From a virus: DNA of 64,000 bases. The position numbers and the translations under genes were made by a program. The notes under the pieces were generated by a model, which did not search any database, was not told where the DNA came from, and worked only from the letters and a program-made list of their open reading frames with translations. The stretch is from positions 14,787-78,786 of IMG/VR virus record IMGVR_UViG_3300034062_007329; one strand, 5' to 3'. Shown here in pieces: positions 22,201 to 31,173 of this stretch (the first letter of the stretch is position 1; each line of letters starts with the position of its first letter).

Positions 22201-24173
22201 GGAACAAGATTATAAGAGTTCTCCTCGACTTGGTATGATTGCTGGTTTCAACGAAGATAATGCATATGGTTATGGCTCACGATTGCTCAGGATTATGTGG
22301 ATCGCAAGCAGCCAAGAAACTACAATCATGGAACGCGACCTTAAGATCCTTAGTGAGTAAGTAGCAATTACCCTCTTGACTTGAGCGGGAGCCTATGGTA
22401 TCCTGTTCTTGTCATTTGGAGCGGAGAAAAAGAATGTGGCATCGAAGCAACCTTAGAGATCGTGATTACAAGTCCAGTTCATCTGTATACAAAAAGTATG
22501 CTAAACATATCGGCAAGCTTGTTGGTTGTGAATATTGGGCTGGTAAAACTGCTGAAAACGAGGAAGGGTGGAAAGTTAGAATCTATATGATCTCCGCTGT
22601 TACTCCGCAAAGGCATTACATGAATCGCTTCGCTTATAAGCTTATTGCAGTTGGGGATCATAACGATTGCGAGTATGGTTGTGCGGGTGTTTTGAAAGAT
22701 TTGCTCCGTAACAAGCATATTGCTGGTACGGATATGCAGATGAATAAAAAGAGCGGTTGGAGGTTCCTTGATTGATCCATATGAGTTGCCAGCCGCCGCA
22801 AATGTTATTGCGGAGGAAGTGGTCAAAACATTTACCTGCCTTAAGTGTAAGGGGGAGGTGGAGTATGATCAATTCTTCAAACACGATGATCCCACATTTG
22901 ACTATGGATTCTACGCGCTAAAGGATAGTGGATACGCAGTTGGTGTAGAAATTGTAAAGGGTATGGATCTTTGCGAATGGTGTGTACCTGTGATGTACCA
23001 CTCAACCGATAAAAAGGAAAACAATAATGACTAAGGAAAAGTTTTACGATACTGCTATGGTTGCTCTTGGATGTTTTATTGGCTTGGTTGTGATTGTGAT
23101 TCTTGCTCTTGGGTATAGCGCAAATAAAACACATCAGGAATTGCAGGAGGTTGAGAAAGGCATCTTTTTTAAGAAGTGTGCTGCCGCTTGTGCGCCTAAC
23201 GATGTTTATTCTACCAAGTATAATCGTTGTACCTGTAATGCTGCTGTAATCGTGAAGGAGATTAATTAAATGGCAAAGAGTGATTCTTTTGATCGCTTGA
23301 TGGATAAGCTGGATGCAATTCACCAACAGCTTAGTGATTTTGAGGCAACGATTACAACTGCCCTTATCAAGTTTGAGGGCAAGGTAGATAAGCCAAAGCC
23401 AAAGAAGGCAAAGGATTTGCCTATCGGCACTAAGGTGACAATTTATGGCTTGGACGAAGGGCGTGAAGCGGACGATATCTACGAAGTTATCGCACACTCT
23501 AAGACTTGCGATGATGTTGTTATCTTAGAAAATGGTAGTGGTGATATTACCACAGAAAATGCAGATGATCTGGAGATAGTTTAAAATAAGGTAAAACGAT
23601 ATGGGTCTTGATATGTATATTCACGACGAACATGGCAACGAGGTTGCATATTGGAGAAAGTTTAATGCCCTTCACGCTTGGTTTGTCACAAATCTCCAAG
23701 ATGGCGTAGATGAATGTCAGCGATCCAGAAGGATTACGAAGGAGGATATTGAACAAATTATCTATATCTTCAAGGCAATTGATGAAGCGCCAATGGCAGC
23801 TCAAGTTTTATTGCCGCCAAGGGATGGTTTCTTCTTTGGTTCTACCGCGTTTGATGAGTATTTGCTGAATGATGTAAGATCCTCAATCCCTGTGTTTGAG
23901 CGATTGCTGGAATCGGTGGATAGGGAGAAATTTTATTATCAGTCAAGTTGGTGACAAATGGAATACAGAGTTGGGGATATTGTAGAATTTACTTATGGAG
24001 CAGTAGAAGCAGGAATGTCTGGAACCAGAACCGTTTTGCTTTTGAGGAAACTGGAACAGAAAGATTGGTGGAGGGGAGAACTAATTAACGATTCCAATAA
24101 TTATTTGGGTAGCACTGGGGAGTTTTGTTTAGATCCAGGGGGACATAATAAACTGGTTTGGAGGCAAAGTTAG
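19250..24173 (+). CDS. Run of about 17 small early hypothetical ORFs, including paralogs 19652/19883 (YFQ.GHLYE), 20185-20886, 21566-22360 and the conserved phage protein 23601-23954 (MGLDMY..YWRK.N..H..F..FFFGS..YYQSSW)
   Basis: Contiguous, coupled + strand ORFs with RBSs and internal promoters. Confidence 0.6.
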
Positions 24174-24176
24174 TGC

Positions 24177-24448
24177 TTGACAAGCCCTTCGCTCCGTGAT
24201 AAGATGTCTTTAACGCTGGTGATCTGGTGTGAGCGAAACACAGAAGTCCAGCAAAAAAAGTGAAACGGGGCGCTTGACAACGGCTCGGAGTCGTGGTAGA
24301 CTGTTCTTCAAGGTGGCGCTGAGTGCGAGGCGCACCGACGAACGAAAGAAAAAAAGAGTGCTTGACAAGCCTGCCCGCGTGTGGTAGACTGAGCGGGTAA
24401 GGTTGAGAGGCGGTGGTTGTTGTTAGAAACCCCGCGTGTTCTTTAACA
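24177..24448 (+). promoter_or_regulatory. Three tandem sigma70 promoters (24177, 24274, 24362) followed by a boxA-like element TGTTCTTTAACA (24437-24448)
   Basis: Consensus -35/-10 pairs; boxA differs by 1 nt from rrn TGCTCTTTAACA; lies upstream of the tRNA cluster. Confidence 0.75.
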
Positions 24449-24796
24449 ATTGAATAACACCGTGATATTGTTTCTTTGAACAAAAGAGAAGGAACACAAA
24501 TGTCAAAAGTGCAAGTAGATATCACAAATCTTAAGCGGATTCTTCCTGCTTGTAGGCGATGCCGTGTTCGTAGTGACCAAATGCTGCGAGACAGCGAACA
24601 GCCAATGATTTGTGATAAATGTAGAGATGTAATTAAGAATGACTTTCCTCATATGGTTCCGCTTGAACCTATTCCTTTTGAGAGAGCGAGGGAATGTTTG
24701 TTCAACCATGAAAGAGAGTGCGAATGTTGGCAGGAAGGAATCGCGTTTCCTCCTGAGCCAGCGCATTGGAGAGTGAACGAGCTGTAACGCAATACT

Positions 24797-24873
24797 GGAC
24801 CTGTAGCTTAACTGGTTAAAGCACTCGACTTATAATCGAGAGAGTCTGGGATCGTTCCCCAGCGGGTCCACCA
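24797..24873 (+). tRNA. tRNA-Ile(UAU)
   Basis: Cloverleaf; anticodon arm CTCGA-CTTATAA-TCGAG; CCA encoded; atypical T-loop ATCGTTC. Confidence 0.85.
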
Positions 24874-24878
24874 ATTAC

Positions 24879-24967
24879 GGGGATGTGGCGGAATTGGCAT
24901 ACGCAAAGCACTTAAAATGCTTCGGGTCTTAGCGCCCATGTGGGTTCGACTCCCACCATCCCCACCA
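24879..24967 (+). tRNA. tRNA-Leu(UAA)
   Basis: AAGCA-CTTAAAA-TGCTT, long variable arm, GTTCGA, CCA. Confidence 0.95.
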
Positions 24968-25024
24968 ATTTTGTTAGTCGTTTCGTGGTAGAGACAACTA
25001 ATTATTATTACGAGGTGTCTCCCT

Positions 25025-25477
25025 ATGAAAACAAAAGAAGAAATAGAAGCAGCAGTAAGAGATAGTTTATCATACGCTCAAACGCTTTCTAAGTTAGATT
25101 TGAAGCCTATGGGTGGCAACTATCGAATCCTGAAACGCAAGATTGCAGAGTATCAAATAGATACAAAGCATTTTACTGGCAAGGGTCATTTAAAGAATAA
25201 AACGCACGACTGGTCTAAAAAGATTCCTCTTGTTGATATATTAAAAGAGGGAACAATCTATCAAAGTTTTAAGTTAAAAAATAGGTTGTTAAAAGAAAAG
25301 ATCATTGAAAACAAATGTAGTGAATGTGGTCTTGGTGATGAATGGTTTGGCAAGAAAATTAACCATCATTTAGATCACATAAACGGTGTCAACACTGATA
25401 ATAGGTTAGAGAATCTAAGATTGCTCTGCCCTAATTGTCATAGTCAAACTGATACTTATACTGGTAAGAATAAATAG
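25025..25477 (+). mobile_element. HNH homing endonuclease in the tRNA cluster
   Basis: CSEC..LDHING..TDNRLENLRLLCPNCHS. Confidence 0.92.
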
Positions 25478-25483
25478 TTTAGT

Positions 25484-25559
25484 TGGCGAGTAGCACAATG
25501 GCAGTCGCAGCGAGCTGTTAACTCGCAGGTTGCAGGTTCAAGTCCTGCCTCGCCAGCCA
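25484..25559 (+). tRNA. tRNA-Asn(GUU)
   Basis: GCGAG-CTGTTAA-CTCGC, T-arm, CCA. Confidence 0.95.
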
Positions 25560-25576
25560 ATTTATGTAATAATCAT

Positions 25577-25652
25577 GGGGAGTTAGCTCATCAGGTAGAG
25601 CAAAAGACTTTTAATCTTTTGGTGGACGGTTCGAGTCCGTCACTCCCTACCA
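25577..25652 (+). tRNA. tRNA-Lys(UUU)
   Basis: AAAGA-CTTTTAA-TCTTT, T-arm, CCA. Confidence 0.95.
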
Positions 25653-25682
25653 ATTTTCAAAGTAAGACTATTTAAGTATCAT

Positions 25683-25757
25683 GGCTCGTTCGTCTAATGG
25701 TTAGGACGGAAGCCTTTCAAGCTTCAAACAAGAGTTCAATTCTCTTACGAGTCACCA
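25683..25757 (+). tRNA. tRNA-Glu(UUC)
   Basis: GAAGC-CTTTCAA-GCTTC, CCA. Confidence 0.95.
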
Positions 25758-25771
25758 ATTTATATAAGGAC

Positions 25772-25908
25772 TATGCGGGCTTATTATTATAAGGTGTTCA
25801 ACTCTGCTGCGAACACCCAGTCAAGCGCGGAACCTTGAATTCCTTTGCTGAGATGGCATGATTATTAAAGCGCAGATAGTGGTTGGGTCGAGAAACCAAC
25901 CCCGCATA
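25772..25908 (+). ncRNA. Unassigned structured RNA between tRNA-Glu and tRNA-Gln
   Basis: Closing stem TATGCGGG/CCCGCATA; internal hairpins GGTGTTC/GAACACC and GGTTGG/CCAACC. Confidence 0.5.
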
Positions 25909-25917
25909 ATGTTTTAT

Positions 25918-25991
25918 TGGGAATTCGTCTAAGGGCAGGACGGCAGACTTTGAATCTGCCTATGGTGGTTCAAATCCATCATTCCCAACCA
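25918..25991 (+). tRNA. tRNA-Gln(UUG)
   Basis: GCAGA-CTTTGAA-TCTGC, CCA. Confidence 0.95.
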
Positions 25992-26003
25992 ATTTTGTTT
26001 TGC

Positions 26004-26080
26004 GGTCTGGTAGCTCAATTGGATAGAGCAAAGAGCTTCTACCTCTTAGGTTGGGGGTTCAAGTCCCTCCCAGATCGCCA
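26004..26080 (+). tRNA. tRNA-Arg(UCU)
   Basis: AAGAG-CTTCTAC-CTCTT, CCA. Confidence 0.95.
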
Positions 26081-26086
26081 ATTTGC

Positions 26087-26176
26087 AGAGGGTTGTGTGA
26101 GCGGTTGAAACAGCCAGACTTGAAATCTGGTATACCTTAACGGGTATCAAAGGTTCAAATCCTTTACCCTCTGCCA
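26087..26176 (+). tRNA. tRNA-Ser(UGA)
   Basis: CCAGA-CTTGAAA-TCTGG, long variable arm, CCA. Confidence 0.95.
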
Positions 26177-26187
26177 CTAATTAACAC

Positions 26188-26277
26188 GGATGTTTAGACC
26201 GCTAAAGTAGACGGGTCGCTCTGTAAAAGCGATATCCCTTGTGATCCGAGTGGGCGCGATTCCCTCAACATCCACCA
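26188..26277 (+). tRNA. tRNA-Tyr(GUA), atypical D and T arms
   Basis: TCGCT-CTGTAAA-AGCGA; acceptor GGATGTT/AACATCC; CCA. Confidence 0.85.
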
Positions 26278-26299
26278 ACCTGTAAGCAGGAGGCAACAA

Positions 26300-26479
26300 A
26301 TGAAGATCGTTCGTAATAGCGCGAAGTGTAAGAAGTGCGGGGACGAAATCGAAAGCAAGCATCGTCACGATTTTGTTTCTTGCAAGTGTGGTGAAATCTT
26401 TGTTGATGGTGGCAAGGATTATTTCCGTCGCGGTGCAAAGGATCTTGAGAATATCGTTGATACTTCTGTGAGTGTGTAA
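26300..26479 (+). CDS. Small Zn-ribbon phage protein (59 aa, not in ORF track)
   Basis: MKIVRNSAKCKKCGDEIESKHRHDFVSCKCG.IFVDGG; AGGAGG RBS. Confidence 0.8.
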   Translation: MKIVRNSAKCKKCGDEIESKHRHDFVSCKCGEIFVDGGKDYFRRGAKDLENIVDTSVSV

Positions 26480-26541
26480 TTCGATGGGAATGTCTCCCAT
26501 CCCTAACCGCTGGATATTCCAGCAGAGAGAGAAAGAAACAA

Positions 26542-26739
26542 ATGAAGATCGCTAATTCGCTGTGGGCTGTGGTTGAGCGTTCGGATGTTGATGGTGGCAG
26601 TTTCGTGATGCGCGAGGAGATTTTCAGTTCGCGTCAGGATGCCCGCGATTATCTTTCTGAGGTAAAGCGTAGTGGCGTTGTGGATCGCCCTCGTTCGCTG
26701 TTCATTCGCCAGTTGCGCGTTACTAACAAGCGTGGCTAA
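26542..26739 (+). CDS. Hypothetical protein
   Basis: ORF with early-type codon usage. Confidence 0.6.
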   Translation: MKIANSLWAVVERSDVDGGSFVMREEIFSSRQDARDYLSEVKRSGVVDRPRSLFIRQLRVTNKRG

Positions 26740-26822
26740 TTATTAAGAACGGTCTGTGATCGTTTGGGCTTTGGTGGTTGCGCCCGTGGGTTGTTCCATA
26801 AAGCAACCGCCCCAATTTTTAA

Positions 26823-26898
26823 GCCTATTTAGCTCAGTTGGTAGAGCACGTCACTTGTAATGATGAGGTCGCCCGTTCGATTCGGGCAATAGGCTCCA
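26823..26898 (+). tRNA. tRNA-Thr(UGU)
   Basis: CGTCA-CTTGTAA-TGATG, CCA. Confidence 0.95.
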
Positions 26899-26908
26899 AT
26901 TGTTGTAT

Positions 26909-26995
26909 GGGCGAATGGCGTAACAGGTAGCCGCGACAGACTCAAAATCTGTTTCCTGCAAAGGAGTGTCGGTTCGATTCCGACTTTGCCCACCA
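26909..26995 (+). tRNA. tRNA-Leu(CAA)
   Basis: ACAGA-CTCAAAA-TCTGT, variable arm, CCA. Confidence 0.95.
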
Positions 26996-27128
26996 ATCTA
27001 CACTACAGCAATAAACACAAGGTCTGTGGTTTCCAAAGTGGGTTGGAAATTATTGTTGAGCGAACTACAGGTTCTCTGGCATATCCTGTTGTAGAAAAAG
27101 CCAGACTTTTTATAAGGAATTAGCTGAA

Positions 27129-27683
27129 ATGCTTACGTCAAAAGCTGACCTGAAGCAATTAGTACGAACAAGAAAGTTGGTAAGGGAACAAGCAGAAACT
27201 TCTTATGAAGATCCAGAAGATTTTATATTTTTTTGCTACATTGCAAAGAACCCACAGTCTTATGGAAGTCTCTTGGAGAAAAGAATAAGAGAGAAGAACG
27301 GAATGATTAAAGTCGAAGCATCCCAAGAGAAAGGTGATGCTGTAGACGTGGATGGTAATTTTAAAGAGATTAAGTGCTCTATAAGTGATTGTGGTGTATT
27401 TAATGCAGTTCAAATTAGACCACACCACAATATTCATTCTTGTTTGCTTTTCTTTTTTGAAATTGATGATAGCACAAACGTCGTGAATCACTTCTTTGAA
27501 GTTCCAGAGAAAGATGTATTAACTTTTCCTGGTATCTCAATAGCTCATGGCGTTAAAGCAAACAAAAATTCTAAATCAGAGTATAGAATTACGTTTGATA
27601 AAAACAAAAAAAAGTCTGATACTGTTGCTGGTAGAGCATGGAATGAACTTCAAAAATATAAAATAAGCAACAAGATATTTTAA
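27129..27683 (+). CDS. Putative PD-(D/E)XK endonuclease
   Basis: E..I...GD......EIKCS, QIRP.H motif spacing. Confidence 0.55.
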   Translation: MLTSKADLKQLVRTRKLVREQAETSYEDPEDFIFFCYIAKNPQSYGSLLEKRIREKNGMIKVEASQEKGDAVDVDGNFKEIKCSISDCGVFNAVQIRPHHNIHSCLLFFFEIDDSTNVVNHFFEVPEKDVLTFPGISIAHGVKANKNSKSEYRITFDKNKKKSDTVAGRAWNELQKYKISNKIF

Positions 27684-27699
27684 AAGAATTGTTCTATTT

Positions 27700-27774
27700 G
27701 GGAATGTAGTTTAATGGTAAAACATCTGTCTCATACGCAGAATAGTGATGGTTCGATTCCATCCGTTCCCACCA
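27700..27774 (+). tRNA. tRNA-CAU (Met or Ile2)
   Basis: TCTGT-CTCATAC-GCAGA, CCA. Confidence 0.9.
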
Positions 27775-27780
27775 ATTTAC

Positions 27781-27854
27781 AGTCCCATAACTTAATGGTA
27801 AAGTAAAAGGCTCTTACCCTTTTAATGAGAGTTCGATTCTCTCTGGGACTACCA
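27781..27854 (+). tRNA. tRNA-Lys(CUU)
   Basis: AAAGG-CTCTTAC-CCTTT, CCA. Confidence 0.88.
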
Positions 27855-27862
27855 AATATATT

Positions 27863-27937
27863 TGCAAACTGGTATAGATTAACGGAAAAGCGTTGCGGCA
27901 GCAAAGATATGGGTTCAAATCCCATTGCCAGTTTGCA
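27863..27937 (+). ncRNA. tRNA-like remnant: long closing stem and intact T-arm, no anticodon arm or CCA
   Basis: TGCAAACTGG/CCAGTTTGCA; ATGGG-TTCAAAT-CCCAT. Confidence 0.5.
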
Positions 27938-27945
27938 TTTTAATT

Positions 27946-28024
27946 TTATGCGGTAGCAGGTTCGATTCCTGCCTGTCGCCCGCTAATATGGGAGGCGGAG
28001 AGCAGAATGGTTACTTTCGCATAA
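27946..28024 (+). ncRNA. Circularly permuted tRNA-mimic RNA (YrlA/Y-RNA-like), copy 1
   Basis: Order: closing stem, T-arm GCAGG-TTCGATT-CCTGC, capped acceptor-like stem, D-loop-like AATGGTT, closing stem. Confidence 0.65.
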
Positions 28025-28033
28025 TCCTTTCGT

Positions 28034-28109
28034 GTGTCCTTGTTGTATTTAGTTTGCATACCAGACTGTGACTCTGGCGGAATTGGTGCGAATCCAATAG
28101 GACACCCCA
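28034..28109 (+). tRNA. tRNA-His(GUG), atypical
   Basis: CCAGA-CTGTGAC-TCTGG; acceptor GTGTCCT/AGGACAC; C73; CCA. Confidence 0.85.
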
Positions 28110-28145
28110 ATTTGCTCCTTTCCCCTATAGCATCCTATTTACTTT

Positions 28146-28376
28146 ATGGAGGTAATAGCGATGGCTAAAACAAATCAAAAGGGAAAGGAGAGAGCAACAA
28201 AGAAAGATTCAGGCAACAAAGCATTTATAATTAGCATGATTGTATTTGCTGTTCTTGTTTCTGGGTGTGTCTCGTACTTATTATGGGATAGGAGCAATTC
28301 ACACCAATATGGTTGCATGGTATTAGGCGTTGACCAAGTATCTGGATTGGTTGGATTGGAATGTTACAAGAAATAA
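28146..28376 (+). CDS. Small membrane protein
   Basis: One hydrophobic helix. Confidence 0.6.
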   Translation: MEVIAMAKTNQKGKERATKKDSGNKAFIISMIVFAVLVSGCVSYLLWDRSNSHQYGCMVLGVDQVSGLVGLECYKK

Positions 28377-28377
28377 C

Positions 28378-28557
28378 ATGAAACTACCATATCCGCACGA
28401 TGAAACGTATCATAAAGAATTCATGGAGTATGATGATTTCTATGCTGCGTATTATTGCAAAAAATGTGATTTCTGGTTAGAAGATAAGTGCGAAGATCCC
28501 CTTTGCCTATTCTGCAAACAAAGACCAGAGAAGCCATCAAAAGTATTTTATAGTTGA
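28378..28557 (+). CDS. Cys-rich Zn-binding protein (paralog of 30838-31002)
   Basis: C..CD.WLE.KCED..C.FC..RP.KPS. Confidence 0.7.
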   Translation: MKLPYPHDETYHKEFMEYDDFYAAYYCKKCDFWLEDKCEDPLCLFCKQRPEKPSKVFYS

Positions 28558-28581
28558 AAACAATTTTAGTTTGAGATATAA

Positions 28582-29184
28582 ATGAAAAAAGATTTTACTA
28601 TTAAAGCGATAGCAAAAGAAGAAGCAAAGTCTATTTTAGAAAAATATCATTATCTATCTAAGATATCTCGCGGCTTTAAAAGCGGGTATAATTATGGATT
28701 ATACCACAAACAAACACTTTCTGGAGTTTCTATCTTTACTGGTCTACCAGTTCCAGAAGTCGCTAAAGGTTGCTTTGGTTTAGAGAGAAATGAACAGGAT
28801 GGGTTATTCGAATTATCCCGTCTGTGCCTCATACCAGAAGTTCAGCATAGTGAACATAACTTGGCTGGTTGGTTTTCTTCAAGAGCGATTAAGCAATTAC
28901 GGAAAGATGTAAATGTTCGTGCGATCCTGTCATATGCCGATAATGATTTCCATAGCGGAATTGTTTATGCTGCAACAAACTGGAAATACTATGGGTTAAC
29001 AGATCCAAAGAAAGATTTTTGGTTCAAGCAAGAGGATGGCACATACAAAAAGCATAACAGAGGAAAAATTAGTGGTTGCGAAGGCGAATGGAGAGATCGC
29101 AGCAGAAAGCATCGCTTTTTAAAAGTATTTGATCCATCTCTAAATGTTCTTTGGCAAGAACAAGAGTGGAAAAATAAAAGTTAG
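28582..29184 (+). CDS. Mom-like (GNAT-fold) DNA adenine modification protein
   Basis: YHYL, ELSRL, N.A.WF.SR.IK.L, ILSYAD..HSG.VY.ATNW.Y.G. Confidence 0.8.
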   Translation: MKKDFTIKAIAKEEAKSILEKYHYLSKISRGFKSGYNYGLYHKQTLSGVSIFTGLPVPEVAKGCFGLERNEQDGLFELSRLCLIPEVQHSEHNLAGWFSSRAIKQLRKDVNVRAILSYADNDFHSGIVYAATNWKYYGLTDPKKDFWFKQEDGTYKKHNRGKISGCEGEWRDRSRKHRFLKVFDPSLNVLWQEQEWKNKS

Positions 29185-29387
29185 TGTTTGGATAGGTGAA
29201 TATCAAAGAGAGGTGTTCCCCGTTGCAGATGAACCCCTTTCCGCTGCAAGACCAACGGATAAAATATAAATCGCAACTAAGTATGCAATCCGCTAAGAGA
29301 GGTTGCCCCAAAAAGGTAATGGCTGTGGATTGGAAACCCATTGCGGGTTCTTTACCTACCCGCCTTCGCATTATCTTCCAAACACTA
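29182..29387 (+). ncRNA. Unassigned structured RNA of about 205 nt upstream of tRNA-Ile
   Basis: 11-bp closing stem TAGTGTTTGGA/TCCAAACACTA, internal hairpins and possible pseudoknots. Confidence 0.55.
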
Positions 29388-29399
29388 TTTATGTATTAT

Positions 29400-29476
29400 G
29401 CGATAATAGCTCAGTTGGTTAGAGCATTCGCTTGATAAGCGAAAGGTCGTTGGTTCAAGTCCATCTTATCGCACCA
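29400..29476 (+). tRNA. tRNA-Ile(GAU)
   Basis: TTCGC-TTGATAA-GCGAA, CCA. Confidence 0.95.
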
Positions 29477-29485
29477 ATTTAGAAT

Positions 29486-29563
29486 CGGGGTATCGCCTAA
29501 CCTGGCATGGCACCAGTTTTGGGAACTGGCAAAATATTGGTTCAAATCCAATTACCCCGACCA
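29486..29563 (+). tRNA. tRNA-Pro(UGG)
   Basis: CCAGT-TTTGGGA-ACTGG, CCA. Confidence 0.95.
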
Positions 29564-29620
29564 ATTTTTTTTCTCTTATTCAGCTATATAACTATTTATA
29601 TACATTACAGGAGAAATCGT

Positions 29621-29887
29621 ATGAAAATTACCAAAGAGTATTTAAAAGAATTGATCAAAGAAGAACTCAGCGAGTCTGGGGAACCTTTTTCCAAGAGACA
29701 CAAACAGCAAGCCAGCAGAGTCTTAAAAAGCTTTTTACAAAAAAAAAGCAAAGCTCTAAGCCCACAAGTTGAAAATAAAGTAATAGAAATATTAGCCGAC
29801 AAAATTAATCAAAGCGAATATAGCGGTAGCGGTGGTACGCTTAGTGATTCCCATATAGCAATGGCTATATTAGATGTTGTTTTGTAG
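29621..29887 (+). CDS. Hypothetical protein with MKITKEYLKELIKEE motif
   Basis: AGGAG RBS; ACTATTTA at 29591. Confidence 0.75.
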   Translation: MKITKEYLKELIKEELSESGEPFSKRHKQQASRVLKSFLQKKSKALSPQVENKVIEILADKINQSEYSGSGGTLSDSHIAMAILDVVL

Positions 29888-30083
29888 TTATTTTAGAACA
29901 TACTTGTAGGTGTAAAGCCACAGATGATCCTTTCGTCTGTGGCATTTTATATCACGGTGTTATTCAAATGCGGTTTCCAGCCGCCCGCAACTTATTTCCC
30001 CGCAACCAACAATTAAACTCTTGACACGCTGCCCCTGCCGTGGTAGTATGGTATTAACGCTGATGGGCAGCGAGAGGAAATGA

Positions 30084-31002
30084 ATGTCACTTTATAGTGA
30101 ATGTGCGGATATCTACGCAGAATATGTTGAACCCTATTACTATGATGGGGACTATGATCTTGAGTTTATGCCTAAAATGAGGCAGCGTGCTGCAAAGGCA
30201 GTTGTTGAGTATGTGAAAAAGAATTATCCAGATACTCCCACAACCTATTGCAAGGCTTGTGACGAGATCCATCCATACACCAAGATTGTTTATGATTCTG
30301 GTGTTGCTGCCGATGTTTGTTTGGTTTGTGGTTATGGTGTAGTTCCGATTGAGGGGAAGTAAAAATGGAAAAGCGTTGCTCAAATTGTAAAAGCTATCTT
30401 ACTGATCTTGAAATTGAAGCTTGCGGTGGAATGTGTGCTGAATGTGAATTCTATTCAGTAGTTTTAATGGATGATGATAGTTTGGAGGAAGCGTAATGTC
30501 TAATATCTATATGATCCGCCGTAAGACCGATGGTAAGTATATTTGCGGAAGCGGTCGTTATCCTTGGTTTTCCGATGATATCGGTAGAACCTTCTATTCG
30601 CTCCATTCGGTTAAGATTTTCTTAACAAACTATCTCAAGTGTAATAAGATCAAGACTTGGGAGAATGGACGTTACAAGTTTAATGCTGGTGAGTTCTTTA
30701 CTCCAAGCAACATTCTTCTTAATTGTGAAGTTGTAGCGGTTGAGGTTAAGCCAAGTTCTATCCAAGACATTTTTGAGTTCTCCGCTCAAACTGAAATGGA
30801 GCGAAAGACAAAGAAGAAGAAGGCAAAGAAGTAAGCAATGTTCAAAGTAACTTGTAAGTTATATGAATTTCATAAAACTGACTATAGTTACGAATATGAT
30901 GCCTATTTCTGTTGCGATTGCGATGATTGGTTAGAAAAGAAATGTGAAGATCATCGCTGTAACTTTTGTCCAAAGCGCCCAGATAAGCCATCGCAAGTTT
31001 AG
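30084..31002 (+). CDS. Early operon of small ORFs (30084-30362, a short Zn-ribbon ORF, 30496-30834, 30838-31002)
   Basis: Promoter at 30021; coupled ORFs with CxxC motifs. Confidence 0.6.
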
Positions 31003-31093
31003 GAAACGTGGGTGAGAGGCTTAAACCAGCGGTTTGCTAAACCGCCGTAGGTGTAACAATCTACCGAAGGTTCAAATCCTTCCGTTTCCGCCA
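31002..31093 (+). tRNA. tRNA-Ser(GCU)
   Basis: GCGGT-TTGCTAA-ACCGC, long variable arm, CCA. Confidence 0.95.
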
Positions 31094-31173
31094 TTACAGC
31101 CAGTTGCCAATCAATTTTGGTAACTGGCTATTTTTTTGTTGACTCCTGCCCTCGCTTGTGATAGGATAAAAGA

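Noticed and set aside
25917-29620. ORF-track calls overlapping tRNAs or ncRNAs (25917-26108, 26177-26500, 27731-27925, 29196-29435, 5' part of 29507-29887, also 56145-56369)
   Set aside because: They coincide with clear RNA genes and lack RBSs or protein motifs.
24797-31093. Theta (HDV-like) ribozymes after tRNAs
   Set aside because: The tRNAs encode CCA and are mostly followed by short AT-rich spacers (CCAATTT), not by ribozyme-like folds.
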